From an uncultured virus (IMG/VR IMGVR_UViG_3300031758_000060) (lineage: Duplodnaviria > Heunggongvirae > Uroviricota > Caudoviricetes): DNA of 64,000 bases. A program made the translations under genes and the position numbers. The first letter of the stretch is position 1; every line of letters begins with the position of its first letter. Under the pieces are notes generated by a model. That model was given only the letters and a program-made list of their open reading frames with translations. It was not told where the DNA came from and ran no database searches. The stretch lies in the IMG/VR virus record IMGVR_UViG_3300031758_000060. One strand, written 5' to 3'. This document shows, in pieces, positions 37,901 through 45,600 of this stretch.

Positions 37901-38179
37901 GCCATCAAGGCCGTGGCAAAGGACGCGGCCCCTGGCGCGCTGAACGTCCCCACGGTGGCGCGTGCGACCAAACCATCTCGGCTGCCAGCCCCACCGCCCC
38001 CGCCCCCACCACCGCCGCCCCAGGCTCCCAGCCTCGAAGGCGTCAAGGTCAAATTCGACGTCATGGTCGAAGATACGGGGCAGACGGCGTCTATGACGGT
38101 TGACGCTGCCACCCAGATGAAGGAATACGACGAGCGTGAATCGGTGTTGCGCGAGTTGATTGCTTGCCTGCAAAAGTGA
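34988..38179 (+). CDS. Large internal virion/ejection protein (1063 aa)
   Basis: W.DI....EFKALP..KQ..AKQAYF, central hydrophobic Gly/Ala helices, long Pro/Ala/Gln linkers. Confidence 0.75.
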   Translation: MALNQNFSDFFAPPPAPAPKRQPAAPAPAPAPAPVPQDTFAGVPAWTDIQAKPEFKALPPAKQAEAKQAYFDYWIAPRVGQDADAIRQQFIGATPEAPAVDEQAGQAAFGIYPQAKSAKPAKPILEQPGAVPDQEFTSRVPARPEVRRSFEAAWNAATPAERAQMEAAPGWTGQLARERAGFAKAADAGMAQAGSEMRATLEGMDPRAEFRAARLRVQGEDPRFAEAAGRQGARRGVMPGQEIKALDGTVQESKFDFETADFFDPKNDPNGMNNALVRGVAKGVAGIGKSYAGLFQFQADLVGFDSASQSARRGGEWLRGQEEAIGERGDFLTRNLEGAISSISQQLPLLIAGVGAASQAIPLAGIALQSFGQEYSDGRAKGQNTGQAATRAAMFSAFEVIGEKFGLGQQMDALRAAARGMPTSEIANLLFSALKKEIPGELVTTTGQFSVDKFAGNGIGLNPNATFNDYMKQVADTIAQTVMQSGLMGAGTTGVSAGVRFLRDSDVSQGVAEADAEAAKRTALDRWSGFMGRSQPAATTPTAVDGRIEPSLDTGAAPPTDPTNPLVQTADEIVRGLATDAGIPEATVLPGATAPAAAITQGDQDILDFAGARFQQLRQKRDGTDEEPGPGLSPSEEQELQALVQARGNPVALRAFYGIPDQGAEDVRQTQEPLDGPASGAAPGQGAQGQAAPGAVPEQPGQQPNEDGQAQGLDQAIDGLGALFGETEAQREARLEREAIQGESDFQAQAPTNDDDIPLDLGPPKTEKEARQRKEQQANEQAGQAQQAEAPREETLRAPAAPQGAAAPGVGAAPRNIFTNPTPRPAPEPASWDRMSAPAAPGVGPKTEREAKQQRQEAAPPVQQPAPPGATPEAGAGSTQPTQVAPTPAPNPPQGQGEAATLPQDLSGAKPRYNYGAKTFELNFSSDIDRAAYITAQNKTSSRDADYVAFVSRQTGMTEDEVRAHGRAVRDAIKAVAKDAAPGALNVPTVARATKPSRLPAPPPPPPPPPPQAPSLEGVKVKFDVMVEDTGQTASMTVDAATQMKEYDERESVLRELIACLQK
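36984..37127 (+). CDS. Nested +1-frame basic peptide (47 aa)
   Basis: AAGGAG 6 nt before ATG; MYGKPKNH...KMAKRKG; lies in a linker of 34988..38179. Confidence 0.45.
   Translation: MYGKPKNHSMGLHQARPPAKAPKGKQPPAQYQNNQGNSPMKMAKRKG
37323..37418 (+). CDS. Nested +1-frame basic peptide (31 aa)
   Basis: AAGGAG 10 nt before ATG; MSKPVKPSKQKRREKKPYEPPPHRRVLPPQG. Confidence 0.35.
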   Translation: MSKPVKPSKQKRREKKPYEPPPHRRVLPPQG

Positions 38180-38189
38180 GCCTGCCTCA

Positions 38190-38528
38190 ATGAAGTCGGT
38201 CAAGTCGATCCAGGATCTCAAGAAGATGGCCCTGCGGCACGGGGCCACCGTCGAGATCGGCGCCGAGCGATTCAACACGGCCGGGGTGCGCGCCCAGGTG
38301 GTGCCCAAGCCCGCGCCCAAGCCCGCGCCCGCACCGCCACCGACGCCAGCCGTGGCGGCCATCGACATGGCGCCGATGGCGCTTGCACAGGAGAAGCTGG
38401 GAGCCATGCTGGCGCACGCGATCGCATCGCTTCCGCAGCCTCACGTCCCCGTTCGTGAGTGGCTGTTCACCGTCGAGCGGGACAAGGACGGTCTACTGAC
38501 CAACATTCGCGCAACTGCGCAAAGCTGA
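38190..38528 (+). CDS. Hypothetical protein
   Basis: Pro-rich middle; REWLFTVERDKDG. Confidence 0.65.
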   Translation: MKSVKSIQDLKKMALRHGATVEIGAERFNTAGVRAQVVPKPAPKPAPAPPPTPAVAAIDMAPMALAQEKLGAMLAHAIASLPQPHVPVREWLFTVERDKDGLLTNIRATAQS

Positions 38529-38551
38529 AACCATCGACACGGGACCAAGCA

Positions 38552-38977
38552 ATGCCAAAGAACACCCAACTGACCAACGCCACCGTCAACGGTCAAGCCG
38601 ACGACCTCGCGACGCGGCTGAACAACGGCTACCTGCGCATCTATGACGGCACCCAGCCCGCCAACGCAGACACCGCCGTCAGCACGCAGACACTGCTGGC
38701 CGAGTTGCGCTTCAACACCACGGCGGCGCCTGCGGCGGTCAACGGCGTGCTGACATTCAACGCGCTCACGGCCGACAGCAGCGCCAACGCCAGCGGCACC
38801 GCGTCCTGGTTCCGCGCCCTGTCGTCCAACGGCTCCACGGCGGTCATGGATGGCACCGTGGGCGAAACCGCCGACACGCCCAACCTCGTGCTCAACAGCA
38901 AGGCGATCTCGGCCGGCGCCAGCGTGTCAGTGTCGTCCTTCACCCACACCGTTCAGAAGGCCACCAGCGGCCTGTAA
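38552..38977 (+). CDS. Small virion beta-protein
   Basis: LRIYDGTQPANADTA, LLAEL, ASGTASWFR, DGTVG. Confidence 0.7.
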   Translation: MPKNTQLTNATVNGQADDLATRLNNGYLRIYDGTQPANADTAVSTQTLLAELRFNTTAAPAAVNGVLTFNALTADSSANASGTASWFRALSSNGSTAVMDGTVGETADTPNLVLNSKAISAGASVSVSSFTHTVQKATSGL

Positions 38978-38989
38978 AGGAGTCACCCC

Positions 38990-39394
38990 ATGTCGATGTC
39001 CAACGCCACCGAAAACGCTGCGCTCAAGATGTTCTTGCAGGGCACGGACCCTTCCTACCGGGCCGGCTCCACGCAGTACCTCGCGGCCTTCACCGCCGAT
39101 CCGGGCGAGTCCGCATCCCTCGCCAACGAGGCCACCTACACCGGCTATGGCCGACTGGCCATCACCAAGTCCAGCGCCTGGACCGACAACGGCTCGACGT
39201 TCAACAACGGCGTGCTGATGCAACTGCCGGTCTGCACGGGCGGCACCAGTGCGCTGACGCACTTTGCCATCGTGGACACCGCCAGCGGCGCGGTCAACAT
39301 GATGATCTCGGGCGCCTTGGGCGGCACGCTCAACGTGTCCACCGGCATCCAGCCGCAGTTCGCCCCCGGCGATCTGTCGGTGACGGCTGACTGA
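38990..39394 (+). CDS. Small virion beta-protein, third paralogue of 20926..21354
   Basis: AFTADPGE....NEATYTGYGR, P.CTGG...THFAI. Confidence 0.7.
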   Translation: MSMSNATENAALKMFLQGTDPSYRAGSTQYLAAFTADPGESASLANEATYTGYGRLAITKSSAWTDNGSTFNNGVLMQLPVCTGGTSALTHFAIVDTASGAVNMMISGALGGTLNVSTGIQPQFAPGDLSVTAD

Positions 39395-39540
39395 TGATCT
39401 ACCGCTGCGCCCACTGCCGGGAACTGCTGACGCTGACCGACACCGAGTTGTCGGCCTGCTCGGAGCATCCTGACGGGGGCGTGGAGTGGTCACCCGACGA
39501 GGTGGAATGGATACCGCTGGAGAACCCTGATGCCGTTTAG
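39394..39540 (+). CDS. Small Zn-binding protein (48 aa)
   Basis: Own translation MIYRCAHC...CSEHPDG; TGATG coupling. Confidence 0.5.
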   Translation: MIYRCAHCRELLTLTDTELSACSEHPDGGVEWSPDEVEWIPLENPDAV

Positions 39541-40393
39541 GTCCGTTGCCGAGGTGGCAGATGCCGTCGAGCAAGGGCGGCATCACATCCAGCATTTCAT
39601 CCGCACCAGCATCAACGGCGGCTTCGGCACCAATCCGTTTTCGGATGCCAGCGTCGGCACCGGCCTGCCGTCCTACAACGCCTACCTGGGCGCGGCGCTG
39701 GAGGCTACGCAACTCATCGGCCAGCGAAACAACAGCATCTATGTCGGCCCTGCGGGCGTGTCTGAGCGGTATCTGCTCAGCATGTCGATGACGCATGCTG
39801 GCACGGCTGGCTTTCTGGCGTCGGTGTACTTCCTTGACTACCTGCTGTTCTACAGCTACATCGACTTGGACAGCACCGACCAGCAAGACTTGACCAACGA
39901 TGTGACGCTGCCCCGCTATGCCGACGGCGAAGGCGTGCGGATGATGATGCTGATGCAGACGCCTGGTGCCGGCACAGCTACAAACATCACCATCAACTAC
40001 ACCAACCAAGCCGGCGTTGCCAAGACCCTGACGACAGCGTATCGGTCATCTGGCGCTATTGGTGTCGTTGGGCCCAACATGGTCAACAACTCCGGAGGCT
40101 CTGCAGGGCCGTTCTTCCCGCTGGCTGATGGTGACCGAGGCGTGCGGTCTGTGCAGTCCGTCCAGCTTGCGTCCGGTGTGGGCGGCTTCGCTGCGATGGT
40201 GCTGGTCAAGCCGCTGTTTACGATGTCGGCCAACGAGTTCCCATCCACGGTGGAAAAGAACTTTCTCCGCGAGCAGGCCGCGCTGCCGCGCATCCTCGAC
40301 GGCGCGTTCCTCAACTACATCTTCAACTTGTCCACCAACACAAGCGCCGTGGTGCCGCTGGTTGGGCAGGCGCAATTCATCTGGACACCGTAA
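39530..40393 (+). CDS. Virion-associated protein, paralogue of 40403..41281
   Basis: LPRYADGEGVR, INYTNQAG, GPFFPLADGDRGVRSV, LPRILDGAFL. Confidence 0.7.
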   Translation: MPFRSVAEVADAVEQGRHHIQHFIRTSINGGFGTNPFSDASVGTGLPSYNAYLGAALEATQLIGQRNNSIYVGPAGVSERYLLSMSMTHAGTAGFLASVYFLDYLLFYSYIDLDSTDQQDLTNDVTLPRYADGEGVRMMMLMQTPGAGTATNITINYTNQAGVAKTLTTAYRSSGAIGVVGPNMVNNSGGSAGPFFPLADGDRGVRSVQSVQLASGVGGFAAMVLVKPLFTMSANEFPSTVEKNFLREQAALPRILDGAFLNYIFNLSTNTSAVVPLVGQAQFIWTP

Positions 40394-40402
40394 GGAATCA
40401 GC

Positions 40403-41281
40403 ATGCCATTCTCATCCATGGACGATCTGGTCAACGAGATCACAAGCGGCAAGTTCAACCGCGCCGACTGGAACAAACTCACGGGCGCTGCAGCCTACAC
40501 CGCAGGCCGGTGGTTTGACTTCAGTTCTCTGGCCGGCACGCCCGTGGCCAACGCCTGGGCCGGAACTGCGCGGGATTGGCGCACCTGCGACGAAACCACC
40601 GGCAACGGCACGCAGATCTTCGGCCTGCCGCACGGCGGCAACGTCTCGCCTGACACCAAGCACGTTCTGAACGTCTCGGCGCTCACTTCTGTGGCCACGG
40701 GTGTGCCAGGGCAGTTGATGCTGGTGGACTTGCAGGGCTACTGGCCCGGCATCAGCAACAACAGCGCGGTGGCTCAGACCCTTACGGGCACGCCCAGCCT
40801 GCGCTACGCCAACGGGGCCGGGTGCAGGTTGTTCTGGGTGCAAACCGCTGCAGCGGGTGGCACGGCGCAGAACATCGCGCTGAGCTACAGCAACACGGTG
40901 CCGACTTCGGGCAGGGCGTTGCCGGTGACGGTTTCCATGACGGCCTCGGCGATTGCCGGCCACATCAGCCACAGCGGCACCGCGGCCAACAACTACGGCC
41001 CATTCCTGCCCCTGGCATCGGGCGACACGGGCGTGTCCAACGTGGCGTCTGTCACCTTCAGCGCGGCCAACACCGGCACCGGGGCGCTGTGCCTTGCCCG
41101 CCCGCTGCTGACGCTGCCGCTGACCACCGTGTCCGTCGCTGCCGAGCGGGATCTGCTGAACCAACTTCCCAGCCTGCCCCGCGTCATGGACGGCGCGTGT
41201 CTCGTGTGGCTCTACTTCGCGGGTGCGGCCACGGGCGCGACGACGAACTTCTACGGCGGCGTCGAGTTCGGCTGGGGCTGA
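40403..41281 (+). CDS. Virion-associated protein
   Basis: LRYANGAGCR, LSYSNT, GPFLPLASGDTGVSNV, LPRVMDGACL. Confidence 0.7.
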   Translation: MPFSSMDDLVNEITSGKFNRADWNKLTGAAAYTAGRWFDFSSLAGTPVANAWAGTARDWRTCDETTGNGTQIFGLPHGGNVSPDTKHVLNVSALTSVATGVPGQLMLVDLQGYWPGISNNSAVAQTLTGTPSLRYANGAGCRLFWVQTAAAGGTAQNIALSYSNTVPTSGRALPVTVSMTASAIAGHISHSGTAANNYGPFLPLASGDTGVSNVASVTFSAANTGTGALCLARPLLTLPLTTVSVAAERDLLNQLPSLPRVMDGACLVWLYFAGAATGATTNFYGGVEFGWG

Positions 41282-41289
41282 TCGAGCTC

Positions 41290-41979
41290 ATGGCACTGAA
41301 GCAGAACACCACGCTCCTGGCGCAGCTACCCCTGCGCCAGATCGGCGGCTCGCCTGGGACGTTCCGTTCCATGTGGGGGCGTGGCGACCGCATGAACCAG
41401 TCCGTAGGCCAGGGCATCCCGTCCAAGCTGGCGGGCATCCCCAGCGGCGTGCCGCATCCGGTGGCCTGGGTCATGCCCTACAAGCCTGGGCGCATGTCGT
41501 CGCGGGCGGCAGTGCTGACGATCACCGCCGCCGCGAATGGCACTCGCGGCCTTGCAGCCACGGGCGCGGCCAGCTTCAGCTTCGACGCCAGCGCGGTCGG
41601 CGGGCTGATCGTCAACGCCACCGGCAGCGCCACCTTCAGCATCACCACCAACAGCCCGTTCTTGCGGGCCACGGTGGGCGGCACTGGTGCGGCAAGTCTG
41701 TCCATCAACGCCAGCGCGGCCATCGGCGCAATCGCCAACCTGACGGGCGCGGCGTCGTTCAGCTTCAGCGCCTCGGCGCCGGCCTACGCGGTGGGCCACA
41801 TGACGGGCGAGGCCACCAGCAACACCCCGCTGTCGCCGCAGAGCCTTGCGGCGGCTGTCCGGGAGAGCCTGGAATCCGGCACCCCGATTCCGGTGGACGC
41901 CCAGCGCATCAACGGCGCCGAGGTCATCGGCGACGGCACCACCGGCAACGCATGGCGGGGCCTTGGTGTTTCGCCGTAG
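41290..41979 (+). CDS. Ala/Gly/Ser-rich repeat protein
   Basis: TGAASFS repeats; INGAEVIGDG...WR. Confidence 0.6.
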   Translation: MALKQNTTLLAQLPLRQIGGSPGTFRSMWGRGDRMNQSVGQGIPSKLAGIPSGVPHPVAWVMPYKPGRMSSRAAVLTITAAANGTRGLAATGAASFSFDASAVGGLIVNATGSATFSITTNSPFLRATVGGTGAASLSINASAAIGAIANLTGAASFSFSASAPAYAVGHMTGEATSNTPLSPQSLAAAVRESLESGTPIPVDAQRINGAEVIGDGTTGNAWRGLGVSP

Positions 41980-42691
41980 CAGCTTTTCCGACCAGTCGTT
42001 CAAGGCCGACTCATTCGAGTTCGGCGACGACATTGGCGGCACCGCACAAGGACAGACCACAACCGGCGCGGGAACAGTCAGCGTCGCCATCACGGGCAGC
42101 GCGACCACGGCGCAAGGACAGACCGCAACGGCATCTGGCGTCCTGGCATTCAGCGGAACTGCCAACACGGCGCAGGCCCAGGCCAGCGATGCCGCTGGTG
42201 CTCAGGCGTTCAGTGGAACGGCAGATACCGCTCAAGGGCAATTTGGTGCCGGTACGGGCACCCTGGAATTCAGCGGCGCAGCCAGCACCGCACAAGCCGG
42301 CACATCCGACGTTTTTGCAGCCCAAGGCGTCCAAGGGTCTTCGACCACCGCACAGGCTCAAGCCGTTGATGGTGCCGCCACCCTGGCGTTCAGTGGCGCA
42401 GCCAGCACGGCGCAAGGGCAGGCCGCTGATGGCGCGGGCGCAGTCCTAGGGGGCATCACCGGGGTTGCCGAGACAGGCCAAGCACAGGGAATTGTTGCGC
42501 GTGGCTTTTACGACGAGTTCCTGGAGCCGATAGGCGTCGGCACAGATGCGCGGATTGCTCGACACCGGTCAGAATTAGACACCTTCGTTCCAGCCGATGT
42601 GCTGGCAATGCGCCGGCTGGACGAGGATGAGATCCTGCTCGTCATGATCGCCCGTGCTGTCACCTCTGGGGCCCTGAACCAATGGCACTGA
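41966..42691 (+). CDS. Repeat protein (about 20-aa FSG.A.TAQ.Q units)
   Basis: GTG start; FS..SF...SF N-terminus; DEDEILL C-terminus. Confidence 0.6.
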   Translation: MFRRSSFSDQSFKADSFEFGDDIGGTAQGQTTTGAGTVSVAITGSATTAQGQTATASGVLAFSGTANTAQAQASDAAGAQAFSGTADTAQGQFGAGTGTLEFSGAASTAQAGTSDVFAAQGVQGSSTTAQAQAVDGAATLAFSGAASTAQGQAADGAGAVLGGITGVAETGQAQGIVARGFYDEFLEPIGVGTDARIARHRSELDTFVPADVLAMRRLDEDEILLVMIARAVTSGALNQWH

Positions 42692-45600
42692 ACACCAAAC
42701 TCGCTGGCTCTGGCTGTGTCCAGATCGTCAGCCGCATCACCCCTGAAGACCAAGACGCGCTGCTCAAGCGGCTGGACGACCTGGAGGCGGCAGGCACCGG
42801 GCGCAAGGAGGCCCAGGTCATCGCGGCCCAAGACGCTCTGCAGGCGATCCTCGATGAGCGCAAGGAGTTTCAGCGACTGCTGCGCGAGCAGCACCCGGAT
42901 CTCTTCGCCAACGACCTCGACGCGATGTTCGACGACATCCTGGCCGAAGAGACGACCAAGGACAAGGCGACCGGCTCCAGGCCCCTGCGCACCGTGCGCC
43001 AGTCGCTGGGCAGCGCAGCCAAGAACACCGCGACCGGCCTGACCAACGCCATCGACGGCTTGGGCGAACTGTTCGGCGGCAACAGCCCTGGGCGCCTGGG
43101 GTCGGGCCCGACGTTCGACGAAGAGACCTATGCCAAGGCCAAGCCGCTGTTCCAGGCGGCGCTGTCGAACTTCAAGGACGCCGCGGCTGACATCCGCGAG
43201 GCCATGCGCTCGATCATCCGCATGGTGCTGGACAAGTTCGGCGCCCAGGCGGCCGAGAACATGAAGCCCTACGTGGTGCGCTTCGTCAAGGACGTCCAAG
43301 ACGGCACGATCACGCTGGGCACCAAGGCCGCCGCCACCGAAGGCGAGCGCGTCACCCTGGCCCGCAGCTTCATGGAAGTGTTCGAGGCCGGTGAAGGGTT
43401 CAAGAACATCATGGCCGCCCGGGCCAAAGCCGCCGAGGTGCTGGGCCGCAAGATCGAGGCCGGCACCACAGACGCGAAGCTGGTGGACGAGGCCGTGGAG
43501 TTGGCCGGCGTCATGTACGCCCGCAGCGTCATCAAGGCCGGAGGCAAGGCCACCGAGATCTACGGGTTCCTGCAGCAGTTCCAAGAGAACCAGATGCCGA
43601 GCCTGAACGTGCGCGACTCGGTGAGCCTGCGCAATCAGGCCTACAGCACGCCGCTGCCGCTGGCCTACGTGGCCAGCAAGCGCGCCGGCATCACGTTCCA
43701 GAAGACCGTGCTTGAGCCCACGGCCGGCAACGGCGCGCTGCTGATGCGGGCGCTGCCGAGCAACACGATCACCAACGAGATCAACCCCGACCGCGCCGAG
43801 GCGCTGCGCGCTCAAGGATTCACGCCGACCGAGATGGACGCGGCCACGGCCGAGTTCGCGCCGAAGTCTGTTGACGTGGTCATCATGAACCCGCCGTTCG
43901 GGGCGCGTGGCGAAGAGCGATGGCAGATCGACGGCCTGGACACGCGGGAGATCGACCACGCGATCGCACTGAACGCGCTGAAGGCGATGAAGGACGACGG
44001 CTCTGCCGTGCTCATCATCGGCGGACCGCTCGCCCGCGAGAATGGTGCGCGCAAGGAGACATACCGCGGCAAGAGCAAGCGGGAGTTCTTCTACAACCTT
44101 TACAACTCCTACAATGTCGTCGATCATTTCACTGTATCCGGCGACCTGTACGCGAAGCAGGGAGCATCGTTCCCGGTCGATTTCATCGTCATCAAGGGCC
44201 GCGGCAAGTCCAATCGTGGATTTCCGGCCGCGCAGTTGCCGGAGCTTGTTGACACCTGGGAAGCACTGCAGGAGAAGCTGAATGAACCCAAGACTGAGTT
44301 GGTCCCCGATGGGCAAGGAACTGCTGGGAGCGATCAGCGGGGTCAAGGGCCAAGTGCTGGACCAGGATCTGTACCTGTCTCTCCTGGGGGACAGGGTCCA
44401 GATAATGGCGGACAACTCGGAGCCGTGGGAACTGGAGCAACTGGAGGCGCTGCTGCGGGAGGCGGGACTGGTGGATCAACCGTTCCCGGTGGATTGGAAA
44501 CGGGCGGGCAAGGAGATCGTGGAATACAGCCCGGAAGTGGCACTGGTACTGCACCAGCAGGGGATACCAGGACGGATGCCGCCGACAATCGAAACCAACA
44601 GCCCGAGGGCACAACAGGCGCTGCAGGAAACCAACCTGACGGAGTGGGTGCAGGCACTGGTCAGCGGACGGATCGAGCGCGAGTAAGCGAAGCCGACACC
44701 GGCAAGCTCCAGGTCAAGTACACCAACTTCTCCGGCAACAAGTCGGTCAACACCCTCGTTGCCACCAACCACCTGACGGCCATCGAGCGCGCCTTCGAGG
44801 CGCTGCGGGCCCGGGTCGGTGACATCGACGAGTTCGTGCGCAACGAACTCAAGTACACCCCCGAAGAGTTCAAGAAGTCGTTTTCGGCCGAACAGGTCGA
44901 GGCCCTGGCGCTGGCCATCGACAACATCAAGCGCGGGGCCGGTTTCATCATCGGCGACCAGACCGGTATCGGCAAGGGCCGCGTGGTCGCGGCCATGATC
45001 CGCTTCGCCCGCCTCAACGAGAAGACGCCCGTCTTCGTCACGCAGATGCCGGATCTGTACGGCGACATGATGCGTGACCTCAAGGACATCGGAATGGAGG
45101 GCATCCGTCCGCTGATGACCAACAACAACGCCTCCGTGCCGCTCGACGCGGAAGCCCTGGCGTGGTTCGGCGAGAAGCAGGCCATCGAGACCCAGATCGC
45201 CGAGGTGCGCGACGAGATGGACGTGCGGGCGATCCAAGACCTTGGCAACAAGCTCGATGGCATGAGCGACGCCGATCGCAAGAAAGAGATCGCAGCCGAG
45301 GTCAAGCGGTCCACGAACCCCGAGATCATCTCCATGAAGGAGCAGATCATCGAACTGCGCTCGGAGATCCCCGAGCGGCGCGGCCAGTTCCTGGAGACGC
45401 CCAACATCGACCGGCACGAGAACATGCTTCAGCAGATGGTTGAGCAGAACTCGATCGGCAGCTTCGATGTGATCTTCACCACCTACAACCAGATGGCCCC
45501 GCTCGACTCGGGCAAAGCGCGCACCGACCCGGTCACTGGGCGCAGGGTGCAGAACCCGGCCAAGTTCGGCTACCGCAGGAACTTTCTGCAGCACTTCGTC

